Positions 1-8,836 of a DNA stretch of 64,000 bases are shown here, piece by piece. Source of the DNA: an uncultured Chloroflexia bacterium (GTDB lineage: Bacteria > Chloroflexota > Anaerolineae > Caldilineales > Caldilineaceae); the NCBI GenBank assembly GCA_963698255.1, contig CAVOQD010000024.1, positions 581,072 to 645,071 on the forward strand. Direction: 5' to 3'. Position 1 is the first letter of the stretch; each line of letters opens with the position of its first letter. Position numbers and translations under genes: made by a program. The notes under the pieces were generated by a model, which worked only from the letters and a program-made list of their open reading frames with translations, made no database searches and had not been told where the DNA came from.

Positions 1-176
1 GCCTGGAGCAGACCGCCGGGGGCGCCCGACATCGATATGCCCGAAAGGCCCTCGTCGGTATCGAGCCAGAGTGCGTTCGAGATCAGCCAGTCGTGCCCGG
101 TCGGGTTGTTGGAATCGCCGATAGGGCGCTTCATTTTGATCTGGTAGGGCTGTGTACGGATTCCTGTGATCTTCAT
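1..176 (-). CDS. enolase-superfamily (mandelate racemase/muconate-lactonizing-enzyme-like) protein, N-terminal ~58 codons; gene runs off the window start
   Basis: Edge-truncated ORF, absent from the ORF track. Minus-strand ATG at 176-174 with GGAGGA 9 nt upstream. Translates MKITGIRTQPYQIKMKRPIGDSNNPTGHDWLISNALWLDTDEGLSGISMSGAPGGLLQ, which resembles MR/MLE N-terminal domains. The family call rests on this short fragment only. Confidence 0.35.
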   Translation of the reverse strand, partial: MKITGIRTQPYQIKMKRPIGDSNNPTGHDWLISNALWLDTDEGLSGISMSGAPGGLLQ

Positions 177-352
177 GGCTACTGCTCCTCCCGAATAATG
201 CCTGAGGCCGTTCTAAGAAATTGGTTCCCGCGAACGTCCCCGGCACAGCCCGGACCTACGCTGGTCAGCGCGAATTTGTGTGGGCGGTGCCGGGGACGTG
301 AATTCTAGGATCGGCCTAATGCTGGGGTCGAGATTTGGCTAGTTTTTACGCA

Positions 353-745
353 CTACCCACTATCCATGTCGTCTTCCCCTGGCGGTATTGGCTGCCACGG
401 CCATCTCCCCTCCAGTTCGACAATCAACGACCAGCCAAGGAAGATCCGAATCAACACCAGTATTCCGAGAACCATCACGCTCTCAACGGTGGTGTCAAGC
501 GCAACCGTTTTGATCACATCGGCGGCCACGAGAATTTCCAAACCCAGGAGTAGTGCCCGTCCCAGCGTCTTCCTGTAGGCGGTGTATCCCTTATCGTGCA
601 TTCTGTGGGTTCTGAGCATGTGGCGAACATACACATACATGCCTCCGAAGATGGCCACGACGATGATCGTGACCGCGATCACTTCAATAAACAGTGCAAA
701 GGCGGATATCCATTCCAGTATCGTAACTTCGAGTTCTTCAAACAT
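353..745 (-). CDS. DUF1622-family small membrane protein
   Basis: ORF 353..889(-). The first 48 codons look non-coding, so the start is moved to MFEELEVTILEW (ATG 745). Hydrophobic helices AFALFIEVIAVTIIVVAIFGG, LLLGLEILVAADVI and VMVLGILVLIRIFLGW are as in DUF1622 proteins. Confidence 0.55.
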   Translation of the reverse strand: MFEELEVTILEWISAFALFIEVIAVTIIVVAIFGGMYVYVRHMLRTHRMHDKGYTAYRKTLGRALLLGLEILVAADVIKTVALDTTVESVMVLGILVLIRIFLGWSLIVELEGRWPWQPIPPGEDDMDSG

Positions 746-871
746 GCGCCTGGGTTCCCGACGGGATGTACATTGTGAATGATCAATCCATTCCATCATG
801 CACCGGCGATTGGCGCTTGTCAAGCTTGGAAATACTTGACGGAAAGGACTGAACGGCTCGATTTCTTGCGA

Positions 872-900
872 TTGTGAAATGTGGAGCAATGTACTACAAT
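872..900 (+). promoter_or_regulatory. candidate sigma-70-type promoter for the DUF485-actP pair
   Basis: TTGTGA (872-877), 17 nt spacer, TACAAT (895-900), about 145 nt upstream of the DUF485 start. Motif match only. Confidence 0.3.
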
Positions 901-1044
901 GTGGGTATCGTACCTCAGTCGTTCATCCGTGTTGCCGGCTCGCCGATTTGGCGCTCCTCAGCCGACCCAACACAGCATCCTATCAACGTGTCAACCCCAG
1001 CGGGCAATGGTTGCCTGCTGCCAAACGAATAGAGAGGGTAGGAG

Positions 1045-1341
1045 ATGCTTCACGAACCGGCAAAACAGAGTGGCGATGACCTGGCGTCGTCGTATAAGAG
1101 CCGTCTCGGCGTGCGGATGTTCTTCGTCTACGCAGTCGTGTACGCGGGATTTGTCCTGATCAATGTTCTATGGCCAAAGACAATGAGCACAATCGTCTTT
1201 GCCGGACTGAACCTGGCGGTTGTCTACGGGTTCGGGCTTATCGTCTTTGCCATGATCCTTGCGCTGGTCTACAACTGGCTGTGTTCGCGCAAAGAGAAGC
1301 AATTGTATGCAGCGCAAGAAGATGCGGGTGAAGAATCATGA
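1045..1341 (+). CDS. DUF485 (YjcH-like) inner-membrane protein, partner of acetate-type symporters
   Basis: 98-aa ORF with two TM helices (FFVYAVVYAGFVLINVLW and NLAVVYGFGLIVFAMILALVY). ATGA start/stop overlap with the downstream symporter, which is the conserved YjcH-ActP arrangement. Confidence 0.75.
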   Translation: MLHEPAKQSGDDLASSYKSRLGVRMFFVYAVVYAGFVLINVLWPKTMSTIVFAGLNLAVVYGFGLIVFAMILALVYNWLCSRKEKQLYAAQEDAGEES

Positions 1342-3257
1342 ATGCTGCAATTCAACCGCTTGCGATTCTCATCTTTGCGCTGATTGTGGCGCTCGTTCTC
1401 GGCATCTCATTTTACATGTCCAGTCGGGCCAAATCGGCCAGCGGCTACTATGCTGCCGGCGGCCAGATCCACTGGGGCGTCAACGGCATCTCGTTTGCCG
1501 GAGACTATCTGTCGGCCGCCTCGTTCCTGGGCATCGCCGGCATGATCGCCGTCGCCGGCTATGACGGCTTCCTCTATTCCATCGGCTATCTGGCCGGCTG
1601 GGTGGTGGCGCTCTTCGTTGTCGCCGAGCCGATGAAACGATTGGGCACGTACACCTTCACCGATGCCCTCGACTCGCGTTTCGATTCCAAGGCCATTCAG
1701 TTGACCGCGGCCATCAGCACGCTGATCGTCTCGATCTTCTATCTGATTCCCCAGATGGTGGGGGCCGGTGTGCTGGTGACGCCGCTGTTGGGCCTGCCCC
1801 ACTACATGGGCGTCATCATGGTCGGCGTCATCGTGATCCTGATCGTGGCGACCGCAGGCATGACGTCCACGACGTGGGTTCAGTTTCTCAAAGGGACGCT
1901 GCTGATCTTCTTCTCGCTAGTAATGGTTGTGGCCGTTCTTGCGCGCGGCCTGTCGACCGAGCCGGATCAAGGCGGGAAGGTCCCATTCTACCAATACACT
2001 GTGCTCGCCGCATCGGTGTCTGACGGGCAGGTGACGCCCGAGGATTCGGCCTATGAAGTTGTCGGCTATTCGCCTGATGGTCAGTTCGTCCAGATGGCCA
2101 ATGCTGAAATGCTCAACTGGTGGTATCTGCACGAAGTTCCGGAAGGCCATGTGCTCTACGAAACCCAATGGAAATCGACGGAGCCGAATGGCGGCATCTG
2201 GATCAACGGCGCGCCTGCTTCTTCTGAAAACATGCTGCGTCTGGTGAGTAACCTGGAGGTCATCGACGGCGAAGTCGGTGGCAATATCGACACGGGTAGC
2301 GTCGGGCCTGTTGAGTTTCTGGCCATCATGAGCGACGAGAACAGTGTCGTCAAGCGCTGGAAGTCTTCCAAATTCCAGAACGGTGAAGATGACGTGACCG
2401 TCTACTATCCCGTCTTCACGCCCGGTGACCGCATCATGCGTCCCGGATTGAAGTTTGATGTCGAGGGGACGCCCGTCCAGAAACTGAACTTCGTCTCGCT
2501 GATGCTGGCGCTCTTCTGCGGCACAGCGGCTCTGCCTCACATCCTGATCCGCTACTACACCGTGCCGACGCCGGCCGCGGCCAGAAAATCGACCATCGTG
2601 GCCATTGCCTCCATCGGCTTCTTCTACATCCTCACGCTCTACATGGGGCTTGGCGCCATGACCAACACGGTGGTCAATCTGGAAAGCGACAACATGTCGG
2701 CTCCGCTGCTGGCCCGCTCGTTTGGCACATTGCTCTTCGCCTGTATTTCGGCGGTGGCTTTTGCCACGGTCCTCGGCACGGTCAGCGGGCTGATCATCGC
2801 CGCATCCGGCGCGGTCGCCCACGATCTGATGGATCGTTATCTGGATCTGGAACTGGATAACCGGCAATTGGTGGTGGCGGGCAAGGTTGCAGCCATCCTC
2901 GTGGGACTGGTGGCCATCATCCTGGGCATCATCTTCAAGGGCGTCAACGTCTCGTTCCTGGTCGGATGGGCCTTTGCGGTGGCGGCCGCGGCCAATCTTC
3001 CCGCGATCATCATGCTCTTGTTCTGGAAACGGACGACGTCGCAGGGGATCGCGGCATCGATCATCGTCGGAATCACTGTCTCGCTGGGGATCATCCTGCT
3101 CTCGCCTACCATGTATACCCGCTATGGCCTGGCGCCTGCAGATGCTCTGATCCCCCTGGACAATCCGGGCATCGTTGCCATCCCGCTCAGCTTCCTGACC
3201 TGCTGGCTGGTCTCGTTGAGGACCGATGGGCATCAGAATCACGAGGCAAAGGCGTAG
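1338..3257 (+). CDS. actP: cation/acetate symporter ActP-like (sodium:solute symporter family) with a large hydrophilic insertion
   Basis: Uninterrupted 639-aa ORF. SSS/ActP-like blocks include SGYYAAGGQIHWGVNGISFAGDYLSAASFLGIAGM and GTAALPHILIRYYTVP. It is about 90 aa longer than E. coli ActP (about 549 aa, from memory) because of a hydrophilic stretch at roughly aa 205-370. Confidence 0.8.
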   Translation: MNAAIQPLAILIFALIVALVLGISFYMSSRAKSASGYYAAGGQIHWGVNGISFAGDYLSAASFLGIAGMIAVAGYDGFLYSIGYLAGWVVALFVVAEPMKRLGTYTFTDALDSRFDSKAIQLTAAISTLIVSIFYLIPQMVGAGVLVTPLLGLPHYMGVIMVGVIVILIVATAGMTSTTWVQFLKGTLLIFFSLVMVVAVLARGLSTEPDQGGKVPFYQYTVLAASVSDGQVTPEDSAYEVVGYSPDGQFVQMANAEMLNWWYLHEVPEGHVLYETQWKSTEPNGGIWINGAPASSENMLRLVSNLEVIDGEVGGNIDTGSVGPVEFLAIMSDENSVVKRWKSSKFQNGEDDVTVYYPVFTPGDRIMRPGLKFDVEGTPVQKLNFVSLMLALFCGTAALPHILIRYYTVPTPAAARKSTIVAIASIGFFYILTLYMGLGAMTNTVVNLESDNMSAPLLARSFGTLLFACISAVAFATVLGTVSGLIIAASGAVAHDLMDRYLDLELDNRQLVVAGKVAAILVGLVAIILGIIFKGVNVSFLVGWAFAVAAAANLPAIIMLLFWKRTTSQGIAASIIVGITVSLGIILLSPTMYTRYGLAPADALIPLDNPGIVAIPLSFLTCWLVSLRTDGHQNHEAKA

Positions 3258-3292
3258 GCCGCAAGGCTTGGGATAGCCAATGTTCGTTTGAA

Positions 3293-3359
3293 TGAAATCA
3301 GCAATAACAGAGCGTGGTGCGGATATCCTGCACCACGCTCTGTTATTGCCTTGATTTCA
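3293..3359. terminator. long hairpin between convergent actP and iolG (bidirectional terminator candidate)
   Basis: Arms TGAAATCAGCAATAACAGAGCGTGGTGC (3293-3320) and GCACCACGCTCTGTTATTGCCTTGATTTCA (3330-3359) flank a GGATATCC loop. The structure is nearly perfect and about 28 bp long, lying between two stop codons. Confidence 0.55.
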
Positions 3360-3377
3360 TCAAACTTGACTCTCGAC

Positions 3378-4391
3378 TCAGATCTCATCCAGCCGCACTG
3401 GGCGATTCTCGTCATACGAGCGACGTGCGGCCTCGGCCATGACCACAGGGATCCGCCCATCTTCGCCGGTTACGGGTACCGGCTTATCTTCGATCACAGC
3501 ATTGACAAACTGCTGTAGCTCATTGACATAACTTTCGGTGTAGCGCTCCATGAAGAAGTTCAGCGGCAGATCGCGTCGGATTTCGCTGCCCGTGCTGATG
3601 ACGGCGGTGTTGGGGAAGTTGTTCTCTGTACTGGCGCTGCCCAATGAGCCAAGCACCTCGACGCGTTGATCGTAGCCGTAGGCTGCTTGGCGGCAGTTGT
3701 CAATGACGCCGATGGCCCCATTTTCAAACTTCAGTGTGATCATGGCCGTGTCCAGATCGCCTGCTTCGCCGATGGCCGGATCGACCGAGACGCCGGCCGC
3801 GGTGTAGATCTCCTCGACCTCGCAGCCCATCAGAAAGCGCGCCATGTCAAAGTCATGGATGGTCATGTCCATGAAGATGCCGCCCGAGACCTGGATGTAG
3901 GAGAGCGGCGGCGGGGCCGGGTCACGGCTGATGATGTGCATCAGGCGCGGCTGGCCGATCTCGCCGTCGGCAATGGCCCGGCGCACCCGCGCATAGTTGG
4001 CGTCGAAGCGGCGGTTGAAGCCGATCTGCAGCTTAACGCCGGCCTGTTTCACAGCGGCCAGCGCATGGTCGATGACGACGAGGTTGTGATCGATGGGCTT
4101 CTCGCAGAAGATGTGCTTGCCTGCGGCAGCCGCTTCCATGATGATCTTGGCATGGGTGTGGGTGGCCGAGCAGATCACGACGGCATCCACGGCCGGGCTG
4201 TCGATGACCATGCGGTAGTCTTTGACCGCATAGTTGATGCGAAACTCGTCGGCGGCGCGCTGGGCGGCATCCTCGTCGATGTCTGCGACCAACAGGCAGC
4301 GTGCATTGGGAATACGGGTTGCGATATGCTCGGCATGCAAACGCCCGATTCGCCCGGCTCCGATCAGTCCTAGATTTAGTTGACTAGACAT
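3378..4391 (-). CDS. iolG: myo-inositol 2-dehydrogenase (IdhA/IolG type, Gfo/Idh/MocA family)
   Basis: ORF 3378..4466(-). Start placed at MSSQLNLGLIGAGRIGRLH (ATG 4391, AGGAAA 6 nt upstream), because upstream codons translate a repeat element. Blocks HIFCEKPI, LQIGFNRRFD and ISRDPAPPPLSYIQVSGGIFMDMTIHDFDMARFLMG closely match rhizobial IdhA as I recall it. Confidence 0.8.
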   Translation of the reverse strand: MSSQLNLGLIGAGRIGRLHAEHIATRIPNARCLLVADIDEDAAQRAADEFRINYAVKDYRMVIDSPAVDAVVICSATHTHAKIIMEAAAAGKHIFCEKPIDHNLVVIDHALAAVKQAGVKLQIGFNRRFDANYARVRRAIADGEIGQPRLMHIISRDPAPPPLSYIQVSGGIFMDMTIHDFDMARFLMGCEVEEIYTAAGVSVDPAIGEAGDLDTAMITLKFENGAIGVIDNCRQAAYGYDQRVEVLGSLGSASTENNFPNTAVISTGSEIRRDLPLNFFMERYTESYVNELQQFVNAVIEDKPVPVTGEDGRIPVVMAEAARRSYDENRPVRLDEI

Positions 4392-4431
4392 AATGTTTCC
4401 TGTGTGGCTGAGGAGATTGCGGGAGAATGGT

Positions 4432-4522
4432 GATCCACGAAGAACCACGAAAGGGCACGAAGCCACACAAAGATCTCAAATGATTCGTGAACCTTCGTGC
4501 TTCTTCGTGCCCTTCGTAGATC
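4432..4522. repeat. inverted-repeat hairpin element, 'CACGAAG/CTTCGTG' family (copy 1 of 2)
   Basis: Left arm GATCCACGAAGAACCACGAAAGGGCACGAAGC (4432-4463), right arm TTCGTGAACCTTCGTGCTTCTTCGTGCCCTTCGTAGATC (4484-4522). A sister copy lies at 56476-56556. Confidence 0.8.
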
Positions 4523-4585
4523 ACCAAAGTTCGCAATACCCTGAGTGTCAATTTCGCCTTTAGCAGGCTGTCGGAGAGAAAGCAG

Positions 4586-4704
4586 ATAGGACGCGGATGA
4601 CGCTGATCTGACTGATTTCCGCCGATAAATGAAAATCGGGAAAAATCCGTCTTTATCCGCCAAAATCCGTGTTATCCGCGTCCCATTTTCTGTCACTCCG
4701 ACAC
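4586..4704. repeat. intergenic repeat, 'CCGCGGAT/ATCCGCG ... GTCACTCCGACA' family (copy 1 of 3)
   Basis: Contains GACGCGGATGA, GATAAATG, AAAATCCGT, TTATCCGCGTCC and GTCACTCCGACA. The same word set recurs at 26464-26575 and 31764-31850. Confidence 0.65.
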
Positions 4705-4708
4705 GCTG

Positions 4709-5707
4709 CTAGATCCCCAATGACGCTAGATATTCCCGATTGCGGCGTGCGCTGTCCAACGGGGCGCCCATGCCGGGCAGAATGTCCTGCTCGACTGTGA
4801 TGTAGCCGTTGTAGTCGTGTGCTTGCAGCCACGCCAGAATCGCTGCGAAATCGACGCAGCCCTGACCTAGTTCGCAGAAGACGCCATGCGCCACCGCGCC
4901 AAAATAGTCCCAGCCTTGGCGCTGCGCTTCAGCCATGATCTGCGGTTGACAATCCTTGAAGTGGACATAGCAGATCCGATCCGCCAAACGATCCATGGCC
5001 GCCAGGATGCCGTCGCAGCTTCCGGCCCCAAAGGCATAGTGGCCGGTATCGAAGACCAATCCGACCAGTGTCGGATCGGTCAGCCTCAGCAGGCGGTCCA
5101 ACTCGTCAGGCCGTTCGACGAATCCGGCGCAGTGGTTATGGACGCCGCATTGGATACCGGTCTCGTTGCGAACCGCGCTGGCCACCCGGTTGACGCCCGT
5201 CGCAAAGACGCGCCATTCCTCATCGGATAGCGCCATCGCCTCAGTCGCCCGCCCCGCGTTGGCTGTGCGAATCGGCACGGTCGCGTTGTCATCGGCCAGC
5301 ACCAGGAACGGGCGAGTCGACGATCCCAGCCGATCGGCAAGCTGCGCCATCTGGCGTGCGATCTTCAGCGCCTCGGCTTCGCCGGCGGCGTGTGCGGTCT
5401 CGTCTCTGAACGGGATACCGATGTAGGCCCCGGTGATGGTTAGGTTGCGCGAGTCGAAGGCAGCATACAGTTCATCGGGATCTGTGGGCATGAAGCCCCA
5501 ATCACCCAGCTCACTGCCGGTGTAGCCGCTCTCGACCAGTTGATCGAGCATCGTCTCATAGGTGAAGCGGTCTGCCTTTGTGCTGCCAAATTCCAGCGTG
5601 CCCCACGAGCAGGGCGCGTTGCCGACCTGGATCGTGTCGGTATTCTCTTTCATCACCGCGGGGCCTGCACCAGGCACGACGCTACGGGACTCTGTTCCGA
5701 TCGCCAT
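4709..5707 (-). CDS. iolE: xylose-isomerase-like TIM-barrel protein, IolE-like (inosose dehydratase candidate)
   Basis: 332-aa ORF. DPTLVGLVFDTGHYA, YVHFKDC, FCELGQGCVDF and YNGYITVEQD parallel B. subtilis IolE blocks (DPKLVGLLYDTGHIA, VHVHFKDV, YKGWIVVEAEQD; from memory). It lies within the iol cluster. An alternative start is MKENTD (5653). Confidence 0.6.
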   Translation of the reverse strand: MAIGTESRSVVPGAGPAVMKENTDTIQVGNAPCSWGTLEFGSTKADRFTYETMLDQLVESGYTGSELGDWGFMPTDPDELYAAFDSRNLTITGAYIGIPFRDETAHAAGEAEALKIARQMAQLADRLGSSTRPFLVLADDNATVPIRTANAGRATEAMALSDEEWRVFATGVNRVASAVRNETGIQCGVHNHCAGFVERPDELDRLLRLTDPTLVGLVFDTGHYAFGAGSCDGILAAMDRLADRICYVHFKDCQPQIMAEAQRQGWDYFGAVAHGVFCELGQGCVDFAAILAWLQAHDYNGYITVEQDILPGMGAPLDSARRNREYLASLGI

Positions 5708-5766
5708 TGATCTGCTCCTTATCTGAATTTTCCAACAGGTGATTTCTCAATTTCTTTATGATAGGC

Positions 5767-5876
5767 GGTAGGGATGTAGGGAAGTGGGGTTGTAGGGCTG
5801 CGGGTGCCGGAGAAGTATCATGTTGGTCAGTCCCCTTCTCCACCACCCTACTTCCTCACAACCCCACTCCCCACAA
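5767..5876. repeat. inverted-repeat hairpin element, 'GGGAAGTGGGG' family (copy 1 of 3)
   Basis: Left arm GGTAGGGATGTAGGGAAGTGGGGTTGTAGGG (5767-5797), right arm CCACCACCCTACTTCCTCACAACCCCACTCCCCACA (5840-5876). Related copies are at 21546-21637 and 51811-51845. Confidence 0.8.
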
Positions 5877-5882
5877 TCTGCA

Positions 5883-7043
5883 CTACCGCTCAACAGTCTC
5901 CCAGCCGCCGCTCTCCCAGGATCGGATCATCGCCTGCTGGACCTTGGCCAGGTTCAGCGCTGCCTGGAAACTCGGCTCTCGCTGACGGTCTTCCACGATG
6001 GATTGCAGGAAATTGTAGGCTTCGATTGTCTTGAGATCCTCGTAGCCCACGCCAATGCCATCGCCGGGGTTGAAGCGACCGTGATCGCCATATTTGGGAC
6101 CGCCCAGCAGTGTCGTGTAGCCATCGTGGGCATCTTCATCTGGCAGGTAGACCTGCAGCTCGTTCAAGCGCTCGAAGTTCCACTTGAGCGCGCCCTTGGT
6201 CCCGTTCACCTCGAAGGACATCTCACATTTGGGACCATAGATGGCCCGACAAGCCTCGAAACTGCCCTGGACGCCGCCGGCAAAGCGCACCAGCGCACCG
6301 ACATAGTCCTCGTTGGTCACCGGCCCGGTCGGATCACCTTGGCTGCCCAGCGAAAAGTGGGTGCCGCCCGGCTTGGGCAGCGGCCGCTCCGTGATGAAGG
6401 TGTGCCGATTGCTGACCACGCTGTCGATGGGGCCGACCAGCATATGCGCCATGTCGGTGACGTGGGACATGATGTCGCCCAGCACGCCCAGGCCGCCCTG
6501 CTCATACTGGAAGCGCCACGAGAGCAGACCGTAGGGATTGCTGCCGTACATGGAGAAGAAGCGCCCGCGATAGTGGGTCAACGTGCCCAGCCGGCCATCG
6601 TCGATGAGTTGCTTGGCGTACTGCACCATGGGCGCCCAGCGGTAGTTGAAGCCGACAAAGCTCTTGACGCCGGCCTTGCGCGCCAATGCCTCGATCTCGA
6701 TGGTCTCCTCCGGCGTGGCGCCGACCGGCTTCTCGCAGAAGACATGCTTGCCTGCCGCCGTCGCCGCCTTGACCATCTCCAGGTGCAGGAAATTGGGCGA
6801 CGCAATGTTGACGCCGTCCACTTCGGGATGGTTGATGACGTCGCGCCAATCCGTCGTGTACGTCTCGAAGCCCAGCGCCTCCTTGGCGCGCACCGCGCGC
6901 TCCTCATAGTCATCCGCGCAGATGACCAGCCGCGGCCGAATGCCGGAGTCGTAGTAGCGGTCGGCCACAGCCCGATAGGCCCGACTGTGCGCCGTCCCCA
7001 TCCACCCCATGCCGATGACGCCGATGCCGATTGTGTGGGTCAT
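5883..7043 (-). CDS. Gfo/Idh/MocA-family NAD(P)-dependent oxidoreductase (inositol/inosose dehydrogenase candidate)
   Basis: ORF 5883..7175(-). Start moved to [16 protein letters not shown] (ATG 7043), because upstream codons translate the GTGACA repeat. Rossmann motif GxGxxG and the HVFCEKP motif are present. It lies within the iol cluster. Confidence 0.8.
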   Translation of the reverse strand: MTHTIGIGVIGMGWMGTAHSRAYRAVADRYYDSGIRPRLVICADDYEERAVRAKEALGFETYTTDWRDVINHPEVDGVNIASPNFLHLEMVKAATAAGKHVFCEKPVGATPEETIEIEALARKAGVKSFVGFNYRWAPMVQYAKQLIDDGRLGTLTHYRGRFFSMYGSNPYGLLSWRFQYEQGGLGVLGDIMSHVTDMAHMLVGPIDSVVSNRHTFITERPLPKPGGTHFSLGSQGDPTGPVTNEDYVGALVRFAGGVQGSFEACRAIYGPKCEMSFEVNGTKGALKWNFERLNELQVYLPDEDAHDGYTTLLGGPKYGDHGRFNPGDGIGVGYEDLKTIEAYNFLQSIVEDRQREPSFQAALNLAKVQQAMIRSWESGGWETVER

Positions 7044-7065
7044 GTTTGTCGTCGCCTTTCCTTCT

Positions 7066-7212
7066 GGTGACAAGGGTGAGGGTGACGTGGGGACAGGGTG
7101 ACAGGGTGATTGATGGGGAGATACATCGAGATATGCACACTCGCCAATTGGCGCTGCATTTCCCAGAGATATCACACCTCACCTTGTCACCCTGTCCCCT
7201 GTCACCCCTTCC
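7066..7212. repeat. inverted-repeat hairpin element, 'GTGACAGGGTGACAAGG' family (copy 1)
   Basis: Left arm GGTGACAAGGGTGAGGGTGACGTGGGGACAGGGTGACAGGGTGA (7066-7109), right arm CACCTCACCTTGTCACCCTGTCCCCTGTCACCCCTT (7176-7212), with a loop of about 65 nt. Confidence 0.8.
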
Positions 7213-7217
7213 CTTTC

Positions 7218-8699
7218 TCAAAACTGCCGACTCCAATCCCTCGGCCAGCGCTCCACGACCACCTTGGTCTGCGTGTAGAACTCGATGCCGTGGCGGGACT
7301 GGGCGTGGAGATCGCCGAAGAAGCTCTCGTTCCAGCCGCTGAAGGGGAAGAAGGCCATGGGCGCGGCCACGCCGATGTTGATGCCGACGTTGCCGGCGTC
7401 GGCTTCGTTGCGGAACTTGCGCGCCGCGAAGCCGCTGCTGGTGAAGATGCAGGCCATGTTGCCGTACGCCCGTCGTTGACCAGGGCGATGGCGTCATCGA
7501 CCGTCGTCGGCGTGCATGAGGCTGAGCACCGGGCCGAAGATCTCCGTGGACGCAATCTCGCTGCTCGGGTTGACGTCGTCGAGAATGGTCGGGAAGACCC
7601 AGTAGCCGTCGTCGTAGTCGCTGACGGCCTTGCTGGCGACCATCGACCAGCAGATTGGCTCCTTCGCCCGCTCCCTTCTCGATCAGCCCTTCGATGCGCG
7701 CCTTGCTCTCCGCCGTGATGACCGGCCCCATCTGCACGCCTTCGTCCAGGCCGAAGCCGACCGTGGCGACTGGTGGCCACATCGGCCATCAGCTCGGTGA
7801 AAGTGGTGCTTGGCCTCGCCGACGGTGATGGCGACCGAGGCGGCCAGGCAGCGCTGGCCCGCGCAGCCAAAGGCCGAGTCGGCCATGATCTTGGCCGTCA
7901 TCTCCATGTCGGCGTCGGGCATGATGACGACCGGGATTCTTGGCCCCGCCCTGGCACTGGGCACGCTTGCCGTTGGCCGTGGCCCGGCTGTAGACATAGC
8001 TGGCCACCGGCGTCGAGCCGACAAAGCTGATGGCGCGGACGCCCGGGTGATCGAGCAGGGCGTCGACCGTCTCCTTGCCGCCGTTGACCAGTTGCACCAC
8101 GCCCGGCGGGAAGCCGGCCTCTTCCAGCAGTTCAAAGAGCTTCTGGCTCGATCATCGAGACCTTTTCGCTGGGCTTGAGGATGAAGCAGTTGCCCGAGGC
8201 CACCGCATAGGGCAGGAACCAGAGCGGAATCATGCCGGGAAAGTTGAACGGCGTGATGGCCGCCACCACGCCCAGCGGCTGGCGGATCATGTGCTCGTCG
8301 ATGCCGGCGGCGATGTCCTCGTTGTTGTAGCCCTGCATGAGGATGGGCGCGCCGCAGGCCACCTCCACATTTTCGATGCCGCGCCGCATCTCGCCGATGC
8401 TTTCGGCCAGTGTCTTGCCGCACTCGATGGTGATGAGCCGGGCAATCTCGTCAAGATGTTCTCTCCAGCAGCATCTTGAACTTGAAGAGCGGCTGGATGC
8501 GCTCCACCACCGGCGTGTTGCGCCACTCAGAAATGCCGCCTGTCCCGCCTGCACGGCCAGATCGACCTCGCCGCCCGGCGACATGGGCACTGATGCAATG
8601 GCCTGGGCCGTCGCCGGATTGATCATGTCCAGAAAGTCGGACGCACTGGATCGTTTTCCACTCGCCGCCGATGTAGTTGAGTAATTGTTTGTTGGTCAA
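7218..8699 (-). pseudogene. iolA: methylmalonate-semialdehyde dehydrogenase (CoA-acylating) IolA/MmsA; frame broken about 10 times in this assembly
   Basis: Aldehyde-dehydrogenase blocks are scattered over ORFs 8451..8726, 8132..8626, 7789..8100, 7683..8423, 7202..7870, 6910..7782 and 7218..7457. They include [116 protein letters not shown] and [15 protein letters not shown]. Likely start is TTG 8699 after GAGG. Confidence 0.8.
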
Positions 8700-8723
8700 G
8701 TTGAACCTCGCTTCTTGAAATAT

Positions 8724-8825
8724 CAAAGAACGAAGAACAAAGATCGAAGATCTGCTTGAATGCTCGGAGGCTGTTCCGATATTGGCCCGCTACTCAACCC
8801 GATCTTTGTTCTTTGCTCTTCGATT
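8724..8825. repeat. inverted-repeat hairpin element, 'GAACAAAGATCGAAGA' family (copy 1 of 3)
   Basis: Left arm CAAAGAACGAAGAACAAAGATCGAAGATC (8724-8752), right arm GATCTTTGTTCTTTGCTCTTCGATT (8801-8825). Sister copies are at 12954-13037 and 44161-44246. Confidence 0.8.
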
Positions 8826-8836
8826 ATTTCTCTCTC

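Noticed and set aside
1917-3242. 441-aa ORF antisense to actP. The same pattern recurs in other long antisense ORFs, e.g. 5820-7070(+), 10980-11963(+), 11806-12951(+), 31902-33221(-), 41175-43187(-), 49655-51853(-), 53354-55216(-), 57662-58828(-) and 63056-63838(-).
   Set aside because: Each lies exactly opposite a gene with strong homology-type signatures. Their translations are Arg/Ala/Gly/His/Asp-rich low-complexity strings with no recognisable motifs. These are the typical shadow ORFs of high-G+C DNA.
4376-4696. 106-aa ORF (minus strand) and the 94-aa ORF 31790-32074(+), with peptides such as IRFIRVIRG.
   Set aside because: They are translations of the intergenic repeat families (CACGAAG and CCGCGGAT elements), not genes. 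The same words recur in non-coding contexts in both orientations.
7066-7212. The GTGACA-rich repeats might be a CRISPR array or tandem repeat locus.
   Set aside because: The units are degenerate and 6-8 nt long. They are arranged as two complementary arms around a single loop, with no regularly spaced unique spacers, and no cas genes are in the window.
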